From Elusimicrobiota bacterium (GTDB taxonomy: Bacteria > Elusimicrobiota > Elusimicrobia > Elusimicrobiales > UBA9959), in the NCBI GenBank assembly GCA_003450815.1, contig DMES01000073.1, positions 1 through 63,854 of the forward strand: a DNA stretch of 63,854 nt, written 5' to 3'. The notes below the pieces were generated by a model that saw only the letters and a list, made by a program, of their open reading frames with translations, did no database searches and had not been told where the DNA came from. A program made the translations under genes and the position numbers. Positions 17,077 to 25,824 of the stretch are shown here, in pieces (positions within the stretch are counted from its first letter, which is position 1; each line of letters starts with the position of its first letter).

Positions 17077-18269
17077 TGTCAAAGATAACCATCCCGCTAG
17101 GCCCGCAGCACCCCGCTCTGAAAGAGCCTGAAAATTTCATGCTGGTATTGGAAGGCGAGCAGATAGAGAACGCCACCATAAACCTGGGTTACAACCACCG
17201 CGGCATGGAAAAAGCGGCTGAGGAACGCACTTTTATACAGAACATGTATCTGCTGGAGCGGGTTTGCGGCATCTGCTCTCATTCCCATACCACCTGCTAT
17301 GTGACCAATGTGGAAGAGGCGGCCAAAGCCGAAGTACCTGAGCGCGCGCGCGCCATAAGAACGCTTGTGGGTGAGCTTGAGCGCGTGCACAGCCACCTGC
17401 TGTGGATAGGAGTCGCAGGCTACGAGATGGGCTTTGAAACGCTCTTCATGTATACCTGGCGCGACCGGGAACAGGTGCTTGACTGCCTGGAACTTCTGTC
17501 GGGCAACCGCGTGCATTATTCCATAAACACCATAGGCGGAGTGCGCCGGGACATCACCCCTGAACAGAAAAACGAGGTTTTAAAGCGGATAAATTTCCTT
17601 GAAGAGCGCACCAAGTATTACATAAAAGTGGCAACTGAAGAGCCCACGGTGAGGGCCAGAACCGCCGATGTGGGCAAGCTCCCGTATGATATTGCCATAG
17701 AGCGGGGAGCGGTGGGGCCCACAGCACGGGCTTCCGGCGTGAAACGTGATGTGCGCAAAGACGATCCTTATCTGATTTATGACAAGCTGGATTTCAGCCT
17801 TATCACCCATGACACCTGTGATGTTTTCGGCCGCCTGGTGGTAAGGGCCCTTGAGCTGATGGAATCCTACAAGCTTATAAAACAGGTTTTAAATTATCTT
17901 CCCGAAGGGCCGATAACCGTTAAAGTACCCTCAAGGATAGCTCCGGCGGAAGCTCTAAACCGCTATGAAGCGCCGCGCGGAGAAGACATTCATTACTTGA
18001 AAACGAACGGTACGGATAAACCGGAAAGGCTCAAAGTCAGGGCCCCGACGCTTGCGAACCTACAGTCCGTGACCTATATGCTTGAGGGCGGGTGGCTGGC
18101 GGATGTGCCGCTTGTGATAGCCGCCATTGACCCGTGTATGTCCTGCACAGACAGGGCGATGGTTTACGACCGGAAAGCCGGCAAAACACAGGTTTACGAC
18201 TGGGAAGACCTGCGCAAACTAGGCATAGAGGCCTACAAGCGCAGGGGAGTTGATTTTACAAAACTTTAA
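17076..18269 (+). CDS. Group 4 [NiFe]-hydrogenase large (catalytic) subunit
   Basis: GPQHP, HRGMEK, ERVCGIC (L1) and DPCMSCTDR (L2): all four NiFe Cys ligands present. Confidence 0.93.
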   Translation: MSKITIPLGPQHPALKEPENFMLVLEGEQIENATINLGYNHRGMEKAAEERTFIQNMYLLERVCGICSHSHTTCYVTNVEEAAKAEVPERARAIRTLVGELERVHSHLLWIGVAGYEMGFETLFMYTWRDREQVLDCLELLSGNRVHYSINTIGGVRRDITPEQKNEVLKRINFLEERTKYYIKVATEEPTVRARTADVGKLPYDIAIERGAVGPTARASGVKRDVRKDDPYLIYDKLDFSLITHDTCDVFGRLVVRALELMESYKLIKQVLNYLPEGPITVKVPSRIAPAEALNRYEAPRGEDIHYLKTNGTDKPERLKVRAPTLANLQSVTYMLEGGWLADVPLVIAAIDPCMSCTDRAMVYDRKAGKTQVYDWEDLRKLGIEAYKRRGVDFTKL

Positions 18270-18273
18270 AAAG

Positions 18274-18386
18274 CAGGCATAGGTAAAGGTAGAGGTAGAG
18301 GTAAAGAAAGTGGAAGTTTATGAGTACGGAAAAAACGCAATCTGAGCACTCTTCCTTCACTGTGCCTTTGCCTCTACCTATACCTG
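18274..18386. repeat. Short-period (6-mer AGGTAG) tandem/inverted repeat insert
   Basis: CAGGCATAGGTAAAGGTAGAGGTAGAGGTAAAG pairs with CCTTTGCCTCTACCTATACCTG. Confidence 0.75.
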
Positions 18387-18412
18387 ATTGGAATTAAACG
18401 AGGAACGAAAAT

Positions 18413-19369
18413 ATGCACACAGATTCTATGCTGACATCAGTGGTTTATCTTATCGTTTTCCCGGGCCTTTTATTCCTTACCGTCTATGGACTTTTTTTAC
18501 AATGGGTTGACCGCAAACTCTGCGCTGTGATGCAGAATCGCATGGGCCCGCCGTGGTATCAGCCCACGGCCGACCTTATAAAACTGCTGGCCAAGGAAAC
18601 AATCATCCCAGACGCCTGCGACACCCTGATGTTTAAAACGCTTCCGTATTTCGCGATAGCGGCGGTAACCTCAGCGCTGATGCTGATACCGCTCTGGAGA
18701 ACGGAATCGCTTTTTATGTCTTTCCAGGGAAACATGGTAGTTGTGGTCTACCTGCTTACCATACCCACCGTCACTTTCTTTCTGGCGGGGTGGAGTTCCA
18801 CAAGCCCTTATTCAACCGTTGGTTCCATGCGAGTTCTCACCCAGTTGTTCGCCTATGAAGTGCCTCTGATGCTCTCTCTCATAGGCCCCGCGATACTCGC
18901 CGGGTCATGGAATTTGTCCGAAATCTCGGCATTCTTTTCCGGGCAGCCGGCCCTTATAGCGGCACAGTTTATAGGTTTTCTGGTCGCTATCATCTCGCTC
19001 CAGGGGAAACTTGAGCGTATGCCTTTTGATATTCCTCACGCAAAAAACGAAATTGTGGGGGGACAGTTCACGGAATATTCGGGCCGTCTGCTTGCCTATT
19101 TTAACCTTGCGGTTGACATGGAACTTGTGGTGGGAGCGGCGCTTTTGAGCGCCGTGTTTTTGGGAGGGGCTTGGGGCCTGCACGGGGTGCAGGGGCTTAT
19201 TCTCTTCCTCATAAAAACGCTTGCCGTCACCTTCCTGCTTGCGCTCTTAAAGGTGCTCATGGCCCGCATACGCATTGAGCAGATGGTTAATTTCTGCTGG
19301 AAGATACTCGTGCCCATGGCCATGGCGCAGATACTTTTTGACATCTTTCTTAAATCAAAATTAGGATAA
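18413..19369 (+). CDS. NuoH-like membrane subunit
   Basis: DRKLCAVMQNRMGPP, DLIKLLAKE, ERMPFDIP, TEYSG. Confidence 0.92.
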   Translation: MHTDSMLTSVVYLIVFPGLLFLTVYGLFLQWVDRKLCAVMQNRMGPPWYQPTADLIKLLAKETIIPDACDTLMFKTLPYFAIAAVTSALMLIPLWRTESLFMSFQGNMVVVVYLLTIPTVTFFLAGWSSTSPYSTVGSMRVLTQLFAYEVPLMLSLIGPAILAGSWNLSEISAFFSGQPALIAAQFIGFLVAIISLQGKLERMPFDIPHAKNEIVGGQFTEYSGRLLAYFNLAVDMELVVGAALLSAVFLGGAWGLHGVQGLILFLIKTLAVTFLLALLKVLMARIRIEQMVNFCWKILVPMAMAQILFDIFLKSKLG

Positions 19370-19376
19370 CCGCTAT

Positions 19377-19781
19377 ATGACACTAAAACCAGCCAGGATG
19401 TTTTCCGAAGTTATTACGCATCTTTTCAAAAAGCCGGCCACAAGCCAATACCCCTTTGAAAAGGCCAAGGTAACGCCGCGTTTCAGAGGGCGCATAGATT
19501 TTGACTCCGGAAAATGTATTGGCTGCCAGATGTGTGTACGCGTGTGCCCGTCAAAAGCCATCGAAATCCCGCTTTCCGAAGAACAATTTGCTTCGCCCCC
19601 TGCGGCGGAGGGGCAGCCCCCTGCTCCCGCCAGGAAACAATTTGACTGCATAATGAAGCTCGGCAGCTGCGTGTACTGCTGGCAATGCGCCGAGACCTGC
19701 CCCAAACACGCCCTTATAACCACCCAGGACTTCGAACTGGCCCAGATAAACCCGGCAAAGCTTGTAAGGCGTTATAAGTAA
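19377..19781 (+). CDS. NuoI-like 2x[4Fe-4S] ferredoxin subunit
   Basis: CIGCQMCVRVCP and CVYCWQCAETCP. Confidence 0.93.
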   Translation: MTLKPARMFSEVITHLFKKPATSQYPFEKAKVTPRFRGRIDFDSGKCIGCQMCVRVCPSKAIEIPLSEEQFASPPAAEGQPPAPARKQFDCIMKLGSCVYCWQCAETCPKHALITTQDFELAQINPAKLVRRYK

Positions 19782-19782
19782 C

Positions 19783-19815
19783 CAGGTCACACGACACAAG
19801 TCACAGGTCACAAGT
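19783..19815. repeat. Imperfect 7-mer tandem repeat
   Basis: CAGGTCA CACGACA CAAGTCA CAGGTCA CAAGT. Confidence 0.75.
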
Positions 19816-19907
19816 AAGAATGGCGCACAGGAGCGCTGATTTTCAAATATTGATTACCCTTACCCACCTTATTTTTTTAACTGTTGAATTTTATCTATAA
19901 TTTCTTT

Positions 19908-20993
19908 ATGAACACTGATTTTATTTATTCCGGATTTATGCAAACCGGCTTTTGGGGCAATACGCTTTATTCCTACATTTTATCGATCATGTTTTTCCTT
20001 GTTTACCTAGGCATTCTGCATTTCCTTAAAAATGTGGTGATAGGCCGCCTTAAAGCCATGGCTAAAAAAACAGAAACGGACCTGGATGACTTGGCCGTAG
20101 AGCTGCTAGCCAAATTCCGCTGGTTTGAATACCAGTTGCTGGCTTTTTATATGGCTGTCCGCCACTTGAACAGGGACCCTTTGTTCAACAAAATTCTTAT
20201 TTTCGCACTGCTTATCGTTTTCACCTATAAAGCTATACTGATAATTCATCATCTGATTAGTTACTGGGTAAATAAAATAGCGGCTCAAAGGAACCTTTCT
20301 GTCGCTGCAAAAGCCTCGGTGGCTAACAGCACCAGGATAATCCTTAATGCTGTGGTGTGGGTGGCCGCGGCCCTTTTTGTGCTGGACAATCTTGGCGTGA
20401 ATATTTCAGCCGTGCTTACAGGACTGGGCATCGGCGGCGTGGCCGTGGCGCTGGCCGCCCAGGCAATACTCGGGGATCTTTTCAACTTTTTTGTTATTCT
20501 GCTTGACAAGCCCTTTACAATAGGCGACTTTGTGGTTTCAAACGAAACCTCCGGAGAGATAGAGCATATCGGGCTTAAATCCACCAGGATACGCAGCATA
20601 AGCGGCGAAATAGTGGTGGTCTCAAATTCAAACCTTCTGGCCTCCAGGATAAAAAATTTCAGGCAGATGACCTCCCGTCGTGTAACATTCAAAACCGGCG
20701 TGGTTTACCAGACAAAACCGGAATGTCTACGGCGGATACCGGCGCTCATAAAAGAGGCCGTGACCGCGCAAAAGGAGGCGGAATTTGAACGCACGAATCT
20801 TTCCACCCTTGGCGATTTTTCCGTGGATTTTGAAACAGTGTATCACATGACCAGCCCCGACTATAATCTGTATATGGCCTCGCACGAAAAGATATTGCTT
20901 GCGATTATGGACGCATTTACAAAGGAAGGTATAGAATTTGCCTATCCAACTCAAACACTTTTTGTAAACGGGGGCGCGAAAAGCGCCCCTTGA
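19908..20993 (+). CDS. MscS mechanosensitive channel
   Basis: GLGIGGVAVALAAQ, DKPFTIGD, IGLKSTRIR, GIEFAYPT; TATAAT 6 nt before ATG 19908. Confidence 0.93.
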   Translation: MNTDFIYSGFMQTGFWGNTLYSYILSIMFFLVYLGILHFLKNVVIGRLKAMAKKTETDLDDLAVELLAKFRWFEYQLLAFYMAVRHLNRDPLFNKILIFALLIVFTYKAILIIHHLISYWVNKIAAQRNLSVAAKASVANSTRIILNAVVWVAAALFVLDNLGVNISAVLTGLGIGGVAVALAAQAILGDLFNFFVILLDKPFTIGDFVVSNETSGEIEHIGLKSTRIRSISGEIVVVSNSNLLASRIKNFRQMTSRRVTFKTGVVYQTKPECLRRIPALIKEAVTAQKEAEFERTNLSTLGDFSVDFETVYHMTSPDYNLYMASHEKILLAIMDAFTKEGIEFAYPTQTLFVNGGAKSAP

Positions 20994-21123
20994 TTACACG
21001 GATTTAAAAAAACGATTACACCGATTAATCCAATGATTTCGGCAATTTTTAGCGAAAGCAATATCTGTGTAATCTATCCCCAATCTGTGTAATCATGGGG
21101 CTGCCTATTTTATAGGCAGCCCC
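20971..21123 (+). repeat. GATTACAC composite element, copy 1
   Basis: Hairpin + GATTACAC x2 + GTGTAATC x2 + hairpin; homologous to reverse complement of 25666-25824. Confidence 0.9.
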
Positions 21124-21144
21124 TAAAACAAGGAGACTTAATAA

Positions 21145-22002
21145 ATGAAAAAAACATTGTTTTCCATCACGCTGTTAATAAGCTTCACTGCCGCCGTCTG
21201 GGCGGCAGGTCCCAGGACAGTGGCCACCGTAAACGGCAAGGCCATAACCGCCGAGGAGCTTACAAAGCACCTTTGGTGGCAGCACGCCACGCAGGGGCTT
21301 TCAGACATGGTGGATGAGCGCCTTTTGCTGGAAGAGGCCGCGCGGCTGAAAGTGACGGCCAATGAAAATGAAGTCAGCAAAAAGCTTGAACAACTGCGCG
21401 CTAATTACAAGAATAAGGACGAATTTGAAAAGACCCTTAAAACCGTGAACTGGAGCGAGAAAGATCTGAAAAACCTTTTAAAAAACCAGCTCCTCATCAG
21501 GAACACCGTGCTTGCGGCTGGAAAACTGGCCATAACGGATGAAGACGCCAAGGACTTCTATACCAAGAACAAAGAGCGTTTCATAACGCCTGAATCAGCC
21601 AAGCTCCTCCAGATATTCGTCAATACCAAGGCCGAGGCAGACGACGCTTATGTGGCGCTGTCCGCCGGTGCGGATTTTGGCAAGCTCTCCAGCCTTAAAT
21701 CCTCTGACGCGACCCTCAAGAAAAACGACGGGAACCTGGGTTTTATCTCCAAGGGCATGCTGCAACCGGAACTGGAAAAAGAGGTCTTCGCACTGAAACC
21801 AGGAGAATACACCAAACCCCTGCCCGCCGGCAACGGATATACTATACTGAAAGTGGAAGAGTTAAAATCTCCGCAGGAAATAAGCTACGAAACCGCAAAA
21901 GAGGATATAAAGGCAAATCTCCTGAACCAGGCTCTATCGCAGGGAATGCCGAAACTGGTGGCAGAACTGCGCGCAAAAGCGAAAGTGGAAGTGGTCAGGT
22001 AA
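21145..22002 (+). CDS. PrsA/SurA-like parvulin peptidyl-prolyl isomerase
   Basis: Signal peptide; VATVNGKAIT; GNLGFI..G...ELEKEVFALKPGE; AGGAG SD. Confidence 0.9.
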   Translation: MKKTLFSITLLISFTAAVWAAGPRTVATVNGKAITAEELTKHLWWQHATQGLSDMVDERLLLEEAARLKVTANENEVSKKLEQLRANYKNKDEFEKTLKTVNWSEKDLKNLLKNQLLIRNTVLAAGKLAITDEDAKDFYTKNKERFITPESAKLLQIFVNTKAEADDAYVALSAGADFGKLSSLKSSDATLKKNDGNLGFISKGMLQPELEKEVFALKPGEYTKPLPAGNGYTILKVEELKSPQEISYETAKEDIKANLLNQALSQGMPKLVAELRAKAKVEVVR

Positions 22003-22039
22003 TTGCGCGCTTGCGCGCAATTCCTTCCACGCACACAAG

Positions 22040-22082
22040 AAGAAAGGCGGGCTTACTATAAAGTAAGCCCGCCTTTCTTTTT
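22040..22082. terminator. Bidirectional intrinsic terminator between convergent genes
   Basis: AAGAAAGGCGGGCTTACT-ATAA-AGTAAGCCCGCCTTTCTT plus T-tract. Confidence 0.9.
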
Positions 22083-22094
22083 AATTATTTTTGT

Positions 22095-22826
22095 TCAGGC
22101 ATTTTCTTCGCTTGGAACTTTATGCCGACCGGCAGATAGCCAGTGAGCCAAAAAGTATAAAACCATGCCTGCCAGGATAATCTGCGTGGCGTAGAGGTAT
22201 TTGGTGCCTGCGAAGGTATACAAATCGTCAAACCTGCCGTAAAGGAGCGAAAAGCGGGCCATCACGGTATTACCGAAGGCCGCGCCGAAGTAGATCATCA
22301 GAAAATAAATGCCCACATTGGATACTTTTTTAAGATGGCCCTTATGCTCAACCGAGAAAAAAAAGTAGAAGAGCACGCAGATAGCGCCGAACGCAATCAG
22401 CAGCGAGTTGAAGATGGCGAACGGGCTCATGGAAGCCAGCAGCGAGAAAGGCTTTATGGTGCCCTCCACCTGGCTCATAAAGTCGGTGGAAAGGCCGGCG
22501 GGAATGGCCAGCCCGGACCCGTAACCCATCATAAAGGTAAACCCGTAGCGGGAAATCCAGGATATCTTCGGAATAAACTGAGTCAACAGCGAAAGCCCCA
22601 TGATAGAGGGGATTATAACCAGCAATTCGCCTTTTGACACAGGCTCCCAGATTTTAGGAATCCACACATTGGCGACTGAAACCTGGAACAGCCAGCCCAT
22701 GCCGGCGCCCAGGTAAAGATGCTCCGCTATTTTGAAGAACGGATTATCCTTGTAAAGGAAACTGAAGAGAAAGATTGTAAGCCCCGCGGCCAACCAGCCA
22801 CCTAAAATAATCCATGTTTCTGACAT
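22095..22826 (-). CDS. Uncharacterised polytopic membrane protein (DUF6754-cluster gene 4)
   Basis: About 7 TMs; FSFLYKDNPFFKIAEHLYLG and FGAAFGNTVMARFSLL; GAGGTG SD before ATG 22826. Confidence 0.85.
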   Translation of the reverse strand: MSETWIILGGWLAAGLTIFLFSFLYKDNPFFKIAEHLYLGAGMGWLFQVSVANVWIPKIWEPVSKGELLVIIPSIMGLSLLTQFIPKISWISRYGFTFMMGYGSGLAIPAGLSTDFMSQVEGTIKPFSLLASMSPFAIFNSLLIAFGAICVLFYFFFSVEHKGHLKKVSNVGIYFLMIYFGAAFGNTVMARFSLLYGRFDDLYTFAGTKYLYATQIILAGMVLYFLAHWLSAGRHKVPSEENA

Positions 22827-22844
22827 AGTCACCTCAAGAAGTTA

Positions 22845-23669
22845 TCAAAAATACTTGACAATCAACAGAATGATGTTGGAGGTCAGGATAAGTACCAGAA
22901 CCAGCAGGTGCGCCAGGTTCAGGGCGTCTATGCCCGAAGTCCCTTTCCCGGGCTGTTTTATAAGCGACTCGTACTCCGCCGCACCCTTCATGCCGCCTAT
23001 AAGACCCTTCAGCTGGTTAGTCTGCAGGTAAGGCCCGTAACCCGGCTGACTGATGGCGGTAACGCCGCCGGCCACCGGCACACTGTACTTGTCGCCCACG
23101 AAGGCCACCCAGTAATCCAGTATCGCGGTGCCGGTAACACACACTATAAGGGACATATCCTTATAGTTCTTCACTCCCTTCAGGACAGGCATATCCTGGA
23201 GCGGCGTGCCGTTGCGGTCCTTAGTATAGATCCCGTAGAGGTCCGAGGACATCTGCGTAAGGACAGCCAGAATATTAGGCATGTACGGCAGGATAACGTA
23301 ATCCTTTCCGTCCGTCTTGTTGTATTCCTTGGAAACCTTGGCGAAAAGCTCCTCTATCAGCCCCGTTGAGCCGGCTATATAGGTAACCACGCCCACGCGC
23401 AGGTTCCTGCTGAAAGCGTGCCTCACCAGCGCAAAGGCCATCGGATGCAGTTCAGGCCGCGTGGAGGGATCATAATCGAACGAGAAAAGCACGAAAGAGC
23501 CGGGCGGCAGCTTCTCGATGTTTTCATAAACCCGGCTGGTGGCCTCGGCGATGGTCTTGTTCGGCAGGCCCAGTGGCTTAATTATCGGGACGAACAGCGT
23601 AATCGCCAGCAGCAGGAAGATCCAGCGCCTGTCTATCTTGAAAAATTTCTGTAATTTTTCCTTAAACAT
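22845..23669 (-). CDS. Uncharacterised membrane-anchored protein (DUF6754-cluster gene 3)
   Basis: N- and C-terminal TMs around an alpha/beta domain; IDRRWIF, DYDPSTRPELHPM, GGMKGAAEYE. Confidence 0.85.
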   Translation of the reverse strand: MFKEKLQKFFKIDRRWIFLLLAITLFVPIIKPLGLPNKTIAEATSRVYENIEKLPPGSFVLFSFDYDPSTRPELHPMAFALVRHAFSRNLRVGVVTYIAGSTGLIEELFAKVSKEYNKTDGKDYVILPYMPNILAVLTQMSSDLYGIYTKDRNGTPLQDMPVLKGVKNYKDMSLIVCVTGTAILDYWVAFVGDKYSVPVAGGVTAISQPGYGPYLQTNQLKGLIGGMKGAAEYESLIKQPGKGTSGIDALNLAHLLVLVLILTSNIILLIVKYF

Positions 23670-23673
23670 ATAT

Positions 23674-24342
23674 CTAATCCTTTCCCATATATTGTTTTTC
23701 AATTCCGAAAATGATTTTGAGCGAGGTTACTATAGCGCCTATGGATATGCCTATCATGATGCCGCGCTTGCCAGCCACCGCCGGCACCTGCATGATCCAG
23801 TCTATCACATTATTGACGCCGGCCCCGGTCCAGCCAAGCACGGCATCCCAGATCATCTGGCCAAGCGGGACCTTGCCGAGTATCAGAATGAAAGCCGCCA
23901 CGAAAAGCACGAAAGCCTGCATGGATTTTATCCGAAACGACCTGTAGGCGGTGGAAACTATATAGAAAGCCAGCACCGCGAACATGGTGCCGCTCAGGGC
24001 GTTATAGATGTACTTGAACGACCACCCCAGCGGCGTCAGGCCCGCGTCAGTCATCTGCTTGCCGCCGCTGACATAGGCGGGGATGACAATGGCGAAGAAC
24101 CCCACGAACACAAATATACTATAGCCCCAGCCGTCGGCTTTCTTCTTGAGCTTGTGATAGTGGGAGAAGAACAGGCTCACCAAGCCCAGCAGGAAAGCAA
24201 AAGCTACCACGATATTTTCCCACTTATTCATGGTTTCAATATAATTGACCGATGTCTTATTGGGCACATAGTAAGACACCAGAGTAAGCACCCCGGTTAT
24301 GAACACTATCGCCAAAGGTATCTGTTTTTTTATCAGTTTCAT
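23674..24342 (-). CDS. Uncharacterised polytopic membrane protein (DUF6754-cluster gene 2)
   Basis: About 6 TMs; TMFAVLAFYIVSTAYRSFR, VPAVAGKRGI. Confidence 0.85.
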   Translation of the reverse strand: MKLIKKQIPLAIVFITGVLTLVSYYVPNKTSVNYIETMNKWENIVVAFAFLLGLVSLFFSHYHKLKKKADGWGYSIFVFVGFFAIVIPAYVSGGKQMTDAGLTPLGWSFKYIYNALSGTMFAVLAFYIVSTAYRSFRIKSMQAFVLFVAAFILILGKVPLGQMIWDAVLGWTGAGVNNVIDWIMQVPAVAGKRGIMIGISIGAIVTSLKIIFGIEKQYMGKD

Positions 24343-24345
24343 AAA

Positions 24346-25614
24346 TTAATAGTTCCTGAACAAGTGGAGGAGGCCCTGCACAAAACCATCCCAGCCGAAC
24401 TTGGCTCCCAGGGCGACCAGGATCATGCCAAAAAATACCGAAACCATGACTACCAGCTTGCCGAAATCCTGCACTTTAAGGGCGCTGAGCAGCATGGGCT
24501 CTTTGGACAGATAGGCTCCGGCGGCATAAAGCTCTTCACCTATAAGGGTGTAGTCGCAGGCGGTAAAAAAGAAAGGCAGTTGGTGCTCCACATCCGTACC
24601 CGCTATCTGTATGGCTCCCGAAGTGGCGCCAACTTCCGCCAGCAACAGGGATTCGGCCATGAAGTAGCCCATGTAGAAACAGGCCGCAGGCTTTTCGCGG
24701 GAAATCATTCCATCCACCGAGGCCGCGTAGGAAAACTGGTCGGCGCTTACAAAGTGGTTTATGTCCTCGCGGTAGGAGTCAGGCCGCCCGGCTTCCATGT
24801 AGGATTGCTTGACCACCTCTTTGCAGACGGTCATCACTATGGGGTCGTAGTGGGGAACTTTTATCTGGCTGTCATATTGCGCGACTTTTTTGGAAACCTC
24901 ACCCAGGATAAATGCGGAGGCGATAGTTGAAATAGAGCCCATGGAACCGATGCCGGGCACATAGAAAATCGGCTTACCCATCTCGGTGGCACGGCCTATG
25001 GCTTCGTCTATGGCATCAAGGCCGGCTATGCGGCGTATGAACAAACCCTTGCGCCTTGCGTGAGAAACCGCCCAAAAGAAAATAACAATGATGACTATAA
25101 GCAACACAAGGTTGTTCAACCTGTCAAGACGGAACCAGTTGCTGACGGTAGCGGAGGACGCTGTTTCGCTCTCAGCGGCTACGGTGCCTTTGACCTTTGT
25201 TATCTTGAAGTGAAAAACAGGACCATCTTTAAAATCGCCGTAGATATTATTAAGTTCCACGTTAAGGGCGTGCATTCCACCCCGCGCTTTCCAGGCCCAG
25301 AAAGGCAGTCCCATGTCCTTTGACATTTTTTCGCCAGACGCAAATGCCGCCGTCTGAAGCCACCCGCCGGCTTCAAGGCTTGAAACAAAAACCCGATAAA
25401 GCGTGCCTTCCGGCGCCGCGGCCTCGGCATCCCAGGTAAGCAATACCGCTCCTCCGACATCGTAGGGCATATCCTGGGCCTTAAGCCCCGTTACGGGAGC
25501 CAAGGCGGGTTTAAGCGCCTTCACCGCCTCCGCGGACTTGGCGGCAAAAACTGGGGAAACGGTTAAAAACGACGCAAGCAGTAACAAGTTGAATTTGATT
25601 TTATTGTTTAGCAT
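24346..25614 (-). CDS. DUF6754-like protein with N-terminal FN3-like extracellular domain
   Basis: Signal peptide; FIRRIAGLDAIDEAIGRATEMGKP, AESLLLAE, QLPFFFTACDYTLIGEELYAAGAYLS (family recognised from memory). Confidence 0.8.
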   Translation of the reverse strand: MLNNKIKFNLLLLASFLTVSPVFAAKSAEAVKALKPALAPVTGLKAQDMPYDVGGAVLLTWDAEAAAPEGTLYRVFVSSLEAGGWLQTAAFASGEKMSKDMGLPFWAWKARGGMHALNVELNNIYGDFKDGPVFHFKITKVKGTVAAESETASSATVSNWFRLDRLNNLVLLIVIIVIFFWAVSHARRKGLFIRRIAGLDAIDEAIGRATEMGKPIFYVPGIGSMGSISTIASAFILGEVSKKVAQYDSQIKVPHYDPIVMTVCKEVVKQSYMEAGRPDSYREDINHFVSADQFSYAASVDGMISREKPAACFYMGYFMAESLLLAEVGATSGAIQIAGTDVEHQLPFFFTACDYTLIGEELYAAGAYLSKEPMLLSALKVQDFGKLVVMVSVFFGMILVALGAKFGWDGFVQGLLHLFRNY

Positions 25615-25665
25615 AGCTGGATATTAATATACACATTTAGCCGTCTGCCGGGCAAGGGGATTTTA

Positions 25666-25824
25666 TCATGGTGCTGCTGAAAAAATCAGCAGCACCATGA
25701 TTACACAGATTGGGGATCGATTACACAGATATTACTTTTATAGAAATTCGCCGGAATTCCGACCTAATCGGTGTAATCGCTGTTCTAAAAAATCCGTGTA
25801 ATCACGGGGCGCTTTCAGCGCCCC
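25666..25824 (-). repeat. GATTACAC composite element, copy 2 (inverted)
   Basis: Reverse complement aligns with 20971-21123; supplies the stop codon of 25802..28090. Confidence 0.9.

Noticed and set aside
17076-18269. NuoD of complex I or Mbs/Mbx sulfur reductase subunit
   Set aside because: All four NiFe-binding cysteines are present, so it is called a hydrogenase
20991-21095. GATTACAC repeats as CRISPR array
   Set aside because: Units are short and partly inverted, with no unique equal-length spacers
23539-24930. 463-aa plus-strand ORF
   Set aside because: Antisense to well-formed membrane-protein genes of a tight operon; no recognisable features
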